In this document: positions 40,216 to 52,900 of the stretch, in pieces | Layout of the letters: each line of letters begins with the position of its first letter | Position numbering within the stretch: position 1 is the stretch's first letter | From: Oculina patagonica | Lineage: Eukaryota | Assembly: GCF_052425735.1 (NCBI RefSeq) | Contig: NC_135768.1 | Span: 19,406,001-19,470,000, forward strand | Reading direction: 5' to 3' | Length of the DNA stretch: 64,000 bases | Program-made: the position numbers and the translations under genes | The notes under the pieces: generated by a model | Seen by the model: only the letters and a program-made list of their open reading frames with translations | The model's database searches: none | Told to the model about the DNA's origin: nothing

Positions 40216-41724
40216 TTACAGTTTCTGTGTGTCTCCTGTTCTGCTATTCACCCATTTTTGATGTGCTGCGAGAAGCATTGTGACACCATAAATTCCTGCC
40301 GCTATAAAACAATTTCTAAAATTGAAAAAACAAAATAAATTATGGATCTTACATGCATCTAGTGCACATATTACAAGTCTCACGGTGCTTTTCTTATAAA
40401 CGTATTTGTGAGATAAGACTTAAGCTCTTAAAGATAAAGATTGGTCCATTTTACAATCTCGCATCATCCACCCAACCCATGGCAACCAAAGAGAATGATA
40501 TGCTGTAAAATTCTGATAAGGCCATACCCCTCCCCCGCCCTGGGGAAATAAGCCCCCCCCCCAAAAAAAATAAGCCCTCCTTAATACTTTGTATATTTAG
40601 TTAAAGCTCTTAAAGAAATCTGTAAATTTTATTGCAAGCCCCAATCGTAGACCATTTTTTGTCTATTTACGCTGTTAGATGTTTGTTTTGTTGTGTTTAA
40701 TAGAGAGTTCACATGTGGCATTCTTGTCCATATATGCACCAAAACAAAAATTCAGACACAGTATCCCATCCAAATGGAGACCCAAAGATTTTTTTTTAAC
40801 TCAACTTTCTATACAAAAAGAAGCCAACTGGCTTAACCTCCTTGCTGTCACATACCCTGCTTTAGGACACAATCCCCTAAGCAGACACAAACTTCTTTAT
40901 GCAAAGCTGGTTAATGGTGGCATGAGTCACCAACTGTTGTTGTTCTCGTTGTTTGAGAATTTTATTTAGCCTCGTAGCATTTACTCCAAACTTGATACAG
41001 TTACCTGGGTAGGGATTTTGACATCCACAACGGCCCTCTTGGTGAAATATTTTACTCAGTCCCCATCTTGCAAAGTGGAGAGGGCCTGGCCAAGGGTGGG
41101 AATTTGACTCTCAATAGAGTCCCTAGGGTGGTGAAATTGACATTTCAAAACCTGGAAATGTCAAATTCCCCTGGGGGTTGCCTGCACACACCCCCCCCCC
41201 CCCATCCTAGGGCAAACCATGACAAATTGATAGCTAGGTGCATAACACACTAAAAAAAGATAATAATAATAATAATACAACAAAGTGACTCTTCCCCCCC
41301 CCCCCTTTTCCACAATACATATACGTGTCAAACTGACCACCCTAACCACATAAGGCACTTGATTAAAAATTATTTTAATACAGGTTGTATTAGTTTTCTA
41401 TTTATACAAACTTTGCTGATGATTTGTATCCTTTTGTTTCGTCCATACCACTAGGGACATCTTCTATAAGTGCTACACTCCTTGTACTAAAAAATACGCC
41501 TAACAGAAGCTGAAAACAAAGAAAGAAAAGAATCAATTTTATCTGATTTTATGTGAAAAACTAAAATTCAGTTTTGATATATTGCCAAATGCTTACTCCC
41601 TTATTCATGAATACACGAAAAATAGCGATTAACTTTGAAAATAAAACCTTACCAACATTAATACGCCCCATAAGCTTAATAAAAAGCAACAATTTGCTAG
41701 TTTTGGGCCACAAATTCTAATCAT
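40216..41724 (-). CDS. RNASEK: Ribonuclease kappa / V-ATPase subunit f; exons 41653-41724, 41412-41509, 40216-40315 (89 aa). Possible alternative end by splicing 40220 to 30117-30129 (adds VVT, 92 aa)
   Basis: Spliced translation [43 protein letters not shown]...SAKNCFIAAGIYGVTMLLAAHQKWVN matches the RNASEK signatures CGPKL..C...LS.WG, S..LIED and NCFIAAG.Y. GT-AG boundaries are in phase. Absent from the ORF track. Confidence 0.9.
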
Positions 41725-41849
41725 CTTCGCTTTACCTCCAAATTCAATATGGCCGATCACAAAATAAATTCACGTGACAAACTGCCCTCGTTTTCACGAC
41801 AGTCCGTTTTCACCTCAATAAGCAAAAGACTGGGGCGAGTGGGAGTAAT
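41725..41849. promoter_or_regulatory. 125-bp bidirectional promoter RNASEK / SERHL copy 1 with a CLEAR-like E-box
   Basis: GTCACGTGAA (minus strand, 41769-41778) between the divergent ATGs at 41724 and 41850. Confidence 0.65.
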
Positions 41850-42777
41850 ATGGCGGACGAAGCGAGCTTCAGCAATTCTTATCAAGAAATTTCTTTTAAA
41901 GTTCCTTGGGGTGTTATTGCAGCTAAAGCATGGGGACCCGAGGACGGCAAACCTTTCCTTGGGCTTCATGGCTGGCTAGACAACGCCAACACATTTGACA
42001 AACTAGTTAGTTTGCTGCCTGAAAACATCCGCCTTATCGCTGTAGATTTCCCAGGACATGGTAAATCTTCCCAACGGTGGCCTGGAATGTCGTATTTCCC
42101 CTTTGAATATGTTGCAGATGTAAAGAAAATTGTTTCAACTGGGATGGAAAAGATTTTCGATCATAGGCCACAGTATGGGAGCTTTTGTGGCTTCCCTGTA
42201 TGCGGGGAGCTTCCCAAATGAAGTCGAGAGTCTCGTATTGCTTGACTATGGTGGATATGCAGCTTCGAAGGGAAGCAAACCCGCTGAAGTCTTAGCTAGA
42301 TATGCAACCAGAATGTCAAACGTCACTCCAAACACTCCTCGTGTTTATGAAAGCGTAGAAGCAGCGGCTGCCAAACGAGAAGTATCTCTCGATGGTAACA
42401 TTTTACGTAAAGAAGATTCGTTGCTATTGACAAAGAGAGGAACTACAGTCACCAAGGATGGCGTTATTTTTTCGCACGATCCAATCCTTAAAGGTTTTGT
42501 TTACCCGTTTTTCCCACCTCAGTCCTCTTTAAAGCTAATTCTGTCCAAGATCAAGTCTGCAGTACTGGTATTAGAAGCTACAGATGCTGTGTACATGGTT
42601 GAAGGCATCCAGGAAACTCGTAAGGAGAGGCTTGATGTCATTTGTGATCATGCAAAGTTCAAGATGTGGAAGAGTGTTCAAGGTGGTCATCATTTGCATC
42701 TTGATAATCCTGAGCAAACTGCATTAGAAATTAAACGATTTTTAGCTATTCAGAACTCACTTGATAGCAAACTGTAG
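41850..42777 (+). pseudogene. SERHL: Serine hydrolase-like alpha/beta hydrolase, copy 1, split by a 2-bp deletion (about 42135)
   Basis: ORFs 41850-42221 and 42130-42777 join. The sequence reads gtttcaactg where copy 2 has gtttctcaactg. Motifs VPWG.IAAKAWG, LHGWLDN, GHSMG and GGHHLH; ends in SKL. Could be an assembly error. Confidence 0.8.
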
Positions 42778-42820
42778 TATGTGAGTGTTGGAGGGTCTTG
42801 TAAGTCTGGCAAGGTTTGGA

Positions 42821-43295
42821 ACCCGGGTTGGGGGGGGGGGGGGGAACTCCAATATATGAGCTATATGGGTATCTGCTGCTGTGAAGGGTATGGTTTTCAA
42901 GCAGTTCAGTCTGGGATAGGGTATAGAAATCAGAGAGTTTTTGGTTAGAATAGGGTATCATTTGCCGGGAAACTGATCAGAAGTATGACAAATTAGTTTA
43001 GAATAGGAATAGAAACTCGGAAGAGAAAGAGGCTTTCCGAAACATAAATAAGATCATCGTGGCAATGTTGTTGACAGATGGCTTTTAAAAAATGCAGGTC
43101 TGGGGTAGGGTAGGGATTTTTGGTGTCTAGTCTAGTATAGGGTTGCAAAATCCAGTTTAACTCCTCTCCCCATCCTGGGGCAAACCATTGATAGGTGCAT
43201 TAGGTCTGGAACAAGGTAAGGGTTTCAAAGTCCCAGTGGCACACCCCCACCCAAAAATATACAGAGTGCCCCCTCCCCTTCCCCCTTCCCCGTGG
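42821..43295. mobile_element. CCC...GGG-ended MITE just downstream of SERHL copy 1
   Basis: Near-identical to 45640-46069, at the same position downstream of copy 2. Confidence 0.55.
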
Positions 43296-43938
43296 TTTGG
43301 AATGGCTCTTATATGATTTTACTCTTCAAGAGAACAATTAAAAAACAACAACAGGAGCATATCCTAGCCCTGCAAAAACAATTACAGCAACTGCTCCATT
43401 AGAGAACTAGTAGAATTTAGGACACAGTTGCTCCTCTACAGGCAACTGTGCTGCTGAGGGAAGACTAGGAATGAACAAAGGGGGGTAAACGAGAAAGAAT
43501 AGGAACAATAGTGCTTCCTATGGCCTTTTGTTCCTAGTCTGTAAACATGTAATATGAATGCAAACAGCAAATTGTATTTCTGAGAATTAAGAGTCATAGA
43601 TTGATTTGTGAGAATTTTATTTATTATAGACCACCTGTTCTTATACGGACAGCACAAACTGTTCTCAAATAAATATCTATCAATCTGATGGTTATCAAAA
43701 TAAATTATGAATTTTGAACATTATAATTAAATCTTCTCGAGTTTTACTTTTTACAGTCAATTTACGAAAGTACAACCCTCCAAAAGTAGTGACAAACATT
43801 ACTAACAAAATGTCGTGAGAAACAATGGTGCGTCTGACCTTCCCACTTCCTTTACCTTTAACTCCCGGTTCCTCCCTCTTTGTTCTGGTAAATCTTTTCC
43901 CGATCCCCACCACCTTGGCAATCCTTCAAGGCAATCCT

Positions 43939-44249
43939 CATTCTCGTCCCCATAGCCCTTTCGTTTCTCTTAGCCGGCTGGGCCTTGGCATGAGAAAACA
44001 AAAGGCTCTGGGGACACTGGATTCTAAGACTTCCAGTCTTCATGTATGCAGTCATGATGTTTCAAAAGAATGTATGAGAGAGTTGTTGCGTTTTTGACTT
44101 CCGTTTGGGAATTCTTTGTACAAAACTGCCAATCAAAAAAATTCGAATTAATTTTAAAATCCTTTGTCCCCAGAGCCCTTCGTTTTCTCATGCCAAGCCG
44201 GCTAAGAGCCTAAGAGAAACGAAAGCTAAGGGCTATGGGGACAAGCATG
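43939..44249. mobile_element. Palindromic MITE with 9-bp TSD (MULE or AcademH type)
   Basis: CATTCTCGTCCCCATAGCCCTT ... AAGGGCTATGGGGACAAGCATG; exact TSD GGCAATCCT at 43930-43938 and 44250-44258. Confidence 0.8.
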
Positions 44250-44657
44250 GGCAATCCTATACCCACCCCCACCCTTCACCGCGGTCAAACGTAGCACATG
44301 CGCAATGACTTTAATTCCAGTCGCCCACGGCACAAATTTCCTGCGCAAAAATTCAAAGCAAACCTATTGCAGCAACACGGTGTCACGCCAAGATGAAATT
44401 AAAACACGAGCGTGCGACAAATAACCGTAAAAAATAAGAAAAGTCGGTAAAAGATAAGGGTTTCACTTTCAAAACTTGAAGCTGGTTAGTTTTTCTACAA
44501 TTTCTGAGCTTACTAAAGTTTACTTTACGCGCTCCAATCCCGCGCATGCGTAGACGATTGACCGCGGTGGACCCACCCCAAACCGTAGTTCCCACCCCCT
44601 CTCGTTTTCACCTCAATAAGCAAAAGCAAAAGACTGGGGCGAGTGGGCGTATTCAAT

Positions 44658-45590
44658 ATGGCGGACGAAGCGAGCTTCAGCAATTCTTATCAAGAACTTT
44701 CCTTTAAAGTTCCTTGGGGTGTAATTGCAGCTAAAGCTTGCGGACCCGAGGGCGGAAAGCCTTTCCTTGGAATTCATGGCTTGTTCGACAACGCCAACAC
44801 ATTTGATAAGCTAGCTTGTTTGCTACCTAAAAACATTCGCTTTATCGCAATGGATTTCCCAGGACATGGTCAATCTTCCCACCGATGGCCTGGAATGTGG
44901 TATTTCTTCTATGAATATGTTGCAGATGTAAAGAAAGTTGTTTCTCAACTGGGATGGGAAAGGTTCTCGATCATAGCCCACAGTATGGGAGCTTTTGTGG
45001 CTTCCCTGTATGCGGGGAGCTTCCCAAATGAAGTCGAGAACCTTGTATTGATTGAGTATGGTGGATACGCGGCTTTGAGAGCAAACATACCCGCTGAAGT
45101 CTTAGCTGGATATGCAACCAAAATGTTAAACGTCACTCCAAGCACTCCTCGTGTTTATGAAAGCGTAGAAGAAGCGGCTGCCAGACGAGAAGTATCTATG
45201 GATGGTAACACTTTACGTAAAGAAGATGCGTTGCTATTGACAAAGAGAGGAACTACAGTCACTAAGGATGGCGTTATTTTTTCGCACGATCCAGTCCTCA
45301 AAGATCATATTTACCCGTTTTTGCCACCTCAGTCCTCTATAAAGCTAATTCTGTCCAAGATCAAGTCTGCAGTACTGGTATTAGAAGCTACAGATGCTGT
45401 CAGGTTGATGGTTGATGGAATGCAAGAAACTCGTAAGGAGAGGCTTGATGTCATTCTTGATCATGCAAAGTTCAAGATGTGGAAGAGAGTTCAAGGTGGT
45501 CATCATTTGCATCTTGATAATCCTGAGCAAACTGCATTAGAAATTAAACAATTTTTAGCTATTCAGAGCTCACTTGATAGCAAACTGTAG
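44658..45590 (+). CDS. SERHL: Serine hydrolase-like protein copy 2, 310 aa, intronless, PTS1 (SKL)
   Basis: VPWGVIAAKACG, IHGLFDN, DFPGHGQS, AHSMG nucleophile elbow, GGHHLHLD; start set at the MAD ATG shared by all copies. Confidence 0.9.
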   Translation: MADEASFSNSYQELSFKVPWGVIAAKACGPEGGKPFLGIHGLFDNANTFDKLACLLPKNIRFIAMDFPGHGQSSHRWPGMWYFFYEYVADVKKVVSQLGWERFSIIAHSMGAFVASLYAGSFPNEVENLVLIEYGGYAALRANIPAEVLAGYATKMLNVTPSTPRVYESVEEAAARREVSMDGNTLRKEDALLLTKRGTTVTKDGVIFSHDPVLKDHIYPFLPPQSSIKLILSKIKSAVLVLEATDAVRLMVDGMQETRKERLDVILDHAKFKMWKRVQGGHHLHLDNPEQTALEIKQFLAIQSSLDSKL

Positions 45591-45639
45591 TACATGTATG
45601 CGACTGTTGGAGGGTCTTTTAAGTCTATCAAGATTTAGA

Positions 45640-45676
45640 ACCGGGGGGAGGGGCACTCCCATATATGAACTACATG

Positions 45677-45711
<35 letters not shown>

Positions 45712-46069
45712 AGTTCAGTCTGGGATAGGGCATTCATTATATAAATCAGAGAGTTTTGGTCTAGAATAGGGTATCATTTCCTGGGAAACTGATCAGCAGT
45801 ATGACAAATTAAGTTCAGAATCGGAATAGAAACTCAGAAGAGAAAGAAGCTTTCCTATTAACGTAAATAAAATCACCGTGGCAATGTTGTTGACAGATGG
45901 TTTTCCATTAAAAACACTGATAGTGATACAGTTCTAAAAAATGCAAGTCTGGGATAAGGTAGGGATTTTTGGTGTCTGGCTGAACATGGTCTGGTACAGG
46001 GTAAGGGTTTCAAAGTCCCAGCTGCACACCCCGGCCCCGCCCAAAAATATACAGAGTGCCCCCCGGGGG
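45640..46069. mobile_element. CCC...GGG-ended MITE downstream of SERHL copy 2
   Basis: ccggggggagggcactc ... gagtgcccccccggg; paralog of 42821-43295; a related element lies at about 47136-47526. Confidence 0.6.
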
Positions 46070-48121
46070 TTTGGGATGGCTCTTATTCTTGAAGAGAACA
46101 ATTAAAAAACAACAACAGGAGCATACTCCTGGCCCTGCAAAAACAATTACAGCAAGCTGCAACTGCTGCATTAGAGAACCAGTAGAATTACAAACACGCT
46201 ACTTATGGGTACCCTAGCTAGCTTCTCCTCTGCAGCCTGCTAGACTTTCTCAAAGCCCGTTTCTGGTAGTTAGGTCATCTGGTGGAAAATGGACTTTTTT
46301 CGCCTGCATCGTGGCATTTTTTACCGACCAGTTTTCTGGTCAGCGGTGTGTCGGGGGTGTGACAACGCTGATATCCAATCAGGGAACGCAAGACGTTAAT
46401 TATCATCCGGGAAACTTGATCCTCACGAATCCTTCACTTGTTCTGTAAATGCTCTCGACGTGAGAGAAAGTTAAGAAGTGCGAAGGAAATGAACGTGAGA
46501 GAAGCTATAAACGCGGGTTAAACGAAGCTTGGTTCCAAGGAAATTCGAGAGATTCAACGAGCACAGTTTTTACAGATAATTTAGTCGAACAGCTTTCTTT
46601 GTCTAGCTTTGCACCAACGAAAATTTTTAAGTTCGCGCAAGCTGGCGACTAAGTTTGGCCCGTTTTAAAGCTTTCAGAGATAACTCTGGTTCGAATTTTT
46701 GGCTTCCACGCACAAGATACAGACTGTTTCTTTCGATTTCGGGGAAGGACTGACTCGGGAAACAGTTTGCTGGAGTCATCTCCATTCATTGTGAAATTCA
46801 CGTGTGTATACTGTCATTTGAGAAATGTTTTATATTTTTTTTATTTGAAAGCGAGAGGGCTGTCAAATTTACTTCACACCCATCACTTTTCACGCCTGCA
46901 ATATGCAAATTAAATTCAATCTCTTGCAGGCGGAACAAGTGGACTTGCATCTCGCATTTTTTTTTTCATTTCTTTTGTTTGTGTTCTGAAGGCCTAGCTA
47001 CCAAGCTGAATTTTAATATATCGAAAGAAGCCTATTGAACCAAGAAAACAATATGCTGGGAAATGGGATTTGGGCAAATTTATGGGATTTATACCTCTCA
47101 TCCCCTTCCTCCTTTTTTAGGACCCTCCTTACGGGCCCGGGGGCACTCCCATATAAGGGCTATACGGGTATGTATGCTTTTTGCCTATCTGACTCTGGAA
47201 CAGGGTATAAAAATCACCCTTTTGACTCTGGAACAGGGTCGATTTTTTTTACCAGAATCCTGATTAAACACGATCGAGTTTAGCTATGAAACTCCGCTCC
47301 TCTCATCGCTTTATCTCCGAGCCACAGACGAAGTCAAGTGAGCGCATTGTGATATACGCTACATATATTTCCATTGTGGATATTGTCTGGAACAGGGTAC
47401 CTATTTTGCAATGTTTGTCTGGAACAGGGTCGAAAATTCAGCGTTTTTTCTCTTGAACAGGTCCAGAGCCTCAGAGACTCAGCGGCACACCCCCGTAGTA
47501 AATTTTAGGGAGTATCCCCCCCCGGGCTTACGGGTAACAGGAAAGGAGAGGGTTATAAGTAAAATTGCCAAGCTGACAGGAAACAGGAAAAAAATTGCCA
47601 CATTGAACAATATTTTGAAACAGAAAGAGAACAAGGAGGATTGAACTGGGTCAGACCCACCATTGTTTCTTATGATATTTTGTTAGTTATGTTTGTTGCT
47701 ACTAGTGGTGGGTTGTACTTTCGTAACTTGGCAGTAAAAAGTCAAACTCAACAAGATTGAAGCATAATGTTCAAATTTATAGTCATAATTTATTTTGTTA
47801 GACTTACTATCAAATTGATAGATATTTATTTCAGAACAGTTTGTACTGTTTGTATATTAAAGAACAGGTGGTCTATAATAATTACTTATTCTCAGAAAAT
47901 AATTTTGCTAATTACATGATTGAAGCATACTGCAGTTGAATCCCGATAACTCGAACCTTGGAGGGAAATCCAAAAAGGTTCGAGATATTGGTAGTTTGAG
48001 TTATCGAGGGTAAAATTAGTAAGAAAACAACCTGGAGGGGAATTGGATAGTCATAATCTGTTTTGATAGACTTCTATCAGATTGATAGATATTTATTTCA
48101 GAACAGTTTGTACTGTTTGTA

Positions 48122-48451
48122 CCGTAATGATTAGATTTAGCGCCCTCCTTCCAATAAGCGCCCCCTTCCGAATAAGCACCCCCCTTCAAATGTGTTTTGT
48201 CAATAAGCGCCCCTATTCCAATAAGCACCCCCATTCTAATAAGCGCCCCCATTCTTATAAGTGCCCCTATTCTAATAAGCGCCCCTATTGTGGATAACTG
48301 CCCCTACTTAAGTCATACTTAACATTTGATTGTTTCTCAAAAAATAAATAAGCGCCCTGTCCCAAATAAGAGCCCTGTCTCGAATAAGCACCCTCCTTTG
48401 AGGTGCCAAAAAGTAAAATAAGCACCTGGGCACTAAATCGAATCATTACAG
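48122..48451. mobile_element. Tc1/mariner-type MITE with internal aataagcgcccc repeats
   Basis: TIR ccgtaatgatt...gccc / gggc...aatcattacag, TA TSD. The empty site is visible in the local duplicate at about 47840-47870. Confidence 0.8.
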
Positions 48452-48631
48452 TATATTAAAGAGCAGGTGGTCTATAATAATTATTTATTCTCAGAAAATA
48501 ATTTATGACAAATAATTATCAGAAATTCATTTTGCTATTTACAGGCATAATTGGAGCATAGTAAGTAGAGGGAGCTCATATTTGAGGAAGAATGACTATG
48601 CTTGCCTGCTGATATGTCTGTATAATGCCCA

Positions 48632-49573
48632 CTACAGCTTACTGGTGCATAAATCATGCTTGTGGGGTGCGTCAACAGCCAAGAACTTTCTGATTTCTTG
48701 AGCAGTTTGCTCAGGATTATCCAGATGTAAATGATGACCACCTTCAACTCTCTTCCACATCTTGAACTTTGCATGATCACAAATGACATTAAGCCTCTCC
48801 TTACGAGTTTCTTGAAATCCACCAGAGAACACAGTACCAGTAGCTTCTAATACCAATACTGCACACTGAATCTTGGACAGAATTAGCTTTATAGAGGACT
48901 GAGGTGGGTAAAACGGGTAAACATGGCCTTTAAGGATTGGGTCGTGCGAGAAAATAACGCCATCCTTAGTGACTGTAGTTCCTCTCTCTGTCAATAACAA
49001 CGCATCTTCCTTACGCAAAATGTTACCAGCGAAAGGCTCTTCTCTTCTGACAGCCGCTGCCTCCACACTTTCATAAACACGAGGAGTTTTTTGAATCATG
49101 TTTGACATTCTGGTTGCATATTTAGCTAAGCTTTCAGCGGGTTTGTTTGCGCGCCAAGCAGCGTATCCGCCATAGTCAAGCAATACAAGGTTCTCTACTT
49201 CAGTTGGAAAGCTCCCCGCATACAGGGAAGCCACAAAAGCCATCATACTGTGGCCTATGATCGAGAACTTTTCCCATCCCAGTTGAGTAACAACTTTCTT
49301 TATATCAGCAACATATTCGAAGTCGAGATACGACATTCCAGGCCATCGGTGGGAAGATTTACCTTGTCCTGGAAAATCCATTGCAATAAAACGGATGTTT
49401 TCAGGCAGCAAACGAGCTAGCTTGTCAAATGTGTTGGCGTTGTCTAGCCAGCCATGAAGCCCAAGGAAAGGTTTGCCGTCCTCGGGTCCCCAAGCTTTAG
49501 CTGCAATAACACCCCAAGGAACTTTAAAAGAAATTTCTTTGTAAGAATTGCTGAAGCCCGGTTCGTCCGCCAT
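48632..49573 (-). CDS. SERHL: Serine hydrolase-like protein copy 3, 313 aa, intronless, PTS1 (SKL)
   Basis: LHGWLDN, DFPGQGKS, GHSMM, GGHHLHLD, C-terminal CTSKL. Confidence 0.9.
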   Translation of the reverse strand: MADEPGFSNSYKEISFKVPWGVIAAKAWGPEDGKPFLGLHGWLDNANTFDKLARLLPENIRFIAMDFPGQGKSSHRWPGMSYLDFEYVADIKKVVTQLGWEKFSIIGHSMMAFVASLYAGSFPTEVENLVLLDYGGYAAWRANKPAESLAKYATRMSNMIQKTPRVYESVEAAAVRREEPFAGNILRKEDALLLTERGTTVTKDGVIFSHDPILKGHVYPFYPPQSSIKLILSKIQCAVLVLEATGTVFSGGFQETRKERLNVICDHAKFKMWKRVEGGHHLHLDNPEQTAQEIRKFLAVDAPHKHDLCTSKL

Positions 49574-49627
49574 TATATTGAAATTACTCCCACTCGCCCC
49601 AGTCCTGCTCAATATTGAGAGGCCGGG

Positions 49628-49939
49628 AATAGGCTAGTTTCGAATTACGCTCCACTGATCATAAACAAAAGGTTCAGGGGAATAATTTGAATTTGCTTGT
49701 TTTATTCCCCTCAGCCTCGACTTCACTCCTTTGTTTTATAGGATCAGTAGAGCGTAATTCGAAACTAGCCTATTCTCTATTTTCCAATTGCCCATAATGC
49801 ACTTTGTTTGCCCCCCAAATTTTGCATAAACTATTGTTTTGGAAATATGCAGTCCTCCCAAGAGAATTTGAAAACAATAGTTTATGCAAAATTTGGGGGG
49901 CAAACAAAGTGTATTATGGGCAATTGGAAAATAGAGAAT
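49628..49939. mobile_element. Two abutting hairpin MITEs (49628-49774 and 49772-49939) immediately upstream of copy 3
   Basis: aataggctagtttcgaattacgctc / gagcgtaattcgaaactagcctatt, and attctctattttccaattgcccataat / attatgggcaattggaaaatagagaat. Confidence 0.75.
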
Positions 49940-49991
49940 TGGGATTTGGGCAAATTTTCACTGGCAGAACGGGATTTGGGTCACTGGGACT

Positions 49992-52900
49992 CACAGGAAA
50001 AAATTCTGAAATTCCAAGTTGGACTTTTATTGGAAAATAACAAAATTAACATTCCAATATTGGAATACTATTGGAAAAACATTGGAATACTACATAATTT
50101 CTCCTGTACGATTAAGTTAGTTGGTAGATTATTGGTATATCATTCATTTAAAAATCCAACTTGGTTTTTTAATGGTAATTTATTGGGACATCATAAAATA
50201 CAACATTGGAAAACCACTGCAGTATTTGGTAGATTATTGGTTTATCAGAAATTTAACAATCCAAGTTGTTTTTCTATGGTGATTTATTGGAATATTATGT
50301 CCAGCAAGTGAAAAGTACAAAAAAATATTTATATATTTATATGAAACCATGCCAGACTGAATGCTGTACTGACTAAAATAACCCTCATCCCTCAAAGTAA
50401 TAAAAATTGTTGTAGCCTGATTGCAAAATTTGAAAAAATAAAATTACATGTACATGTATCCTTGTTTCAAGTTCCTCCATTTAAAATAGCAATTACTTTT
50501 ATGGCAAAAATGTATAAACAATCTTTCAAAACTGTGAAGACAGTTTGGTTTGTATGTGGGGTTACACGCAGTTTCAACTTCTACAAATATGCATGGCTAC
50601 TTTTGTAGTTACAGTGTACCATTTACGAACTATCACTGGAAGCTGCTGCTAAGCACTTTATATGTAGATCAATAAGGTTAGACAAAAAGGCCTCTGAATG
50701 CCACCCACATGATAAGACCTGTGGAACTGATTGCTAATCCTCTTCATCGATCCAAGAAGAATGTTCCACCTGCCAGTGACCCTTTGACAATAACAGCTAG
50801 TTAGAATCTCTTCTTCTGACGGCTGCATATCTTGTTAAATCAAGTCGATCCATTGATCGCTTTCGCCATTTACATTCTGATATTTCTTCGATACGGTAGA
50901 TACGTTATGTATGGGGAACTATTATGTCCGCAACGATACATGCACTGACCAAACGGATCGTGGGCGCCTGGTACAAGCCGCTGACTGCGCATGAGAGATT
51001 GCGCGCCATTTTTCGCGCCAAAATACTACTGTTCGACTGTTCGAGACGTCAACCAGGAGTGAAAGGAGCGGGAAAAGAAAGTCTAGAAAATTATTTCCAA
51101 ATGGCAAGTTGTTCGTCCGAAAGAGGAGACCTTTCTAGCCCAGGTAATTTTATTAATACGAGTTTCTAGTTGGTCATATAGATAAAATCGCGACGTGATG
51201 AGCTTTTTACCAATTACAAGGCACTGGTTTTTTATTTCTCGAAACTCAACGACTTGATGTAAAACGACTATGCCAGAATGGCGACAACAATCCTCAATTT
51301 TGATCAGCAAATCACTTATTACCTAAAAACTCGAGTTTACATTTATATTTAACGAAACACTTTAATTTCACAGAAGTTCTTTGACCTCGAAATCCCTGAA
51401 ATTCTCACAAAAGTCTGAAGTGCTTTTCATGCTAACTTCGGCCTTTTTGTCTGCAATATGCATATGGACATAGTGTAATTTTATCACAGAGTGATTTTAT
51501 TAGCTTTAATTTCGTATTTGTACGCTGCAGTCTGTGAGGTGACTCTTCTAGCTAGTGTAAATAGACTGTCCGGGTCAGGCTGGGCTTAACACTCAGCTAA
51601 ATTAAAAATGACCATTAACTTGAAATTTTTAAGCCCTCCGGTTCTTGTTATAATTCAGAGTTACAGTTAAATACAACAAATGAAGTGGAAAAATGGAGCC
51701 CCAGTGACATGGCCATATGTGGTTAGAGAGTGTTCAGCCTGAAATGAAAGAGGAAGCACAACTTTTGCAGAGTGAGTTGAGTTTGTGGTGGGCTCTTCAT
51801 TCTACTTTTGTCTGTTCCTGTAATTTGATGAGAAACATCCTTTATATTATTATTTAGCATATACATATAGCATTACCATTTAAGCTTATACACGATGTTT
51901 TGTTTGTGTAGAATCTGAGATATCTGGAAAAACATTAACCATGGTTGATAGGGCATGCCTCAGGGACATCAACATAACATCAGTCGGTAAACAACTGACC
52001 ATTTTGATAATTTGTAATAACTCCTTTATAGCAATTTAACCAGTATGGTAATGGCTCATATCATTATCAAGGCTGGAATTTTTAAAGCATTTCTCCAGAG
52101 CTAATTTATGCAAATGTAGCAATCTACAAGAGCAGTTCAATGACCCAATGACCAGTTTTCCATTTTTCTGATTTTTTTTTTCAGCGGCTATACGAAGCCA
52201 TATCTTACAATGGGTAAATGGAAAGAATCGGAAGTTAACTGATGGGTTTGATTTTGAGGTATGTAAAAAGTATATTTCTTTGTTACAAGCATTTACAAAT
52301 TTCTATAACATACGTACTGGCTTTATAACTACCACGATACTTCTGTTTGAACTTAAAGTGTTACATAATTGACAACTTTGTTGGTTTTTTTGCTTCAATA
52401 GAAATCAAGAATACCAGCCAAAAGGGCCATTTTAAGTGAACCAGAAATGAGCGAAGCCCTCGGTAAGTTAATGATGACAAATGAACTCATTCTTGGGCCT
52501 TAAAATGGTATCAATTTTCGCTTTCTTTATCCTTAAATAGGGTCAGGGTTTACGAACCTTAGCGGCACGCCCCTATCTGAAATTAATGGGAGTACCCCAC
52601 CCCCTGGGAGTAATCCCCCTAGTTCTGTTATTTCTATGAAATCACAAATATTGAGTAGCAGTCATTACATGTACACATGTATAAATTTTATTAAAGCTTG
52701 AATTACATCTAGATTCAGTGTCTGAATTTTAGCACATTGGATTTATCTTCTTAACATAAGTAACCTAATTCTTACTTTTTTTGCTTGCAGCCGAAACAGA
52801 TACAGAGAAACCGACAGAGACTGAAAATTCTGAAAACGTGGATGAAATATCTGATTACAGCGCACAGCTGTTATGTGCTGTAATATTTCATGTACCTGCA

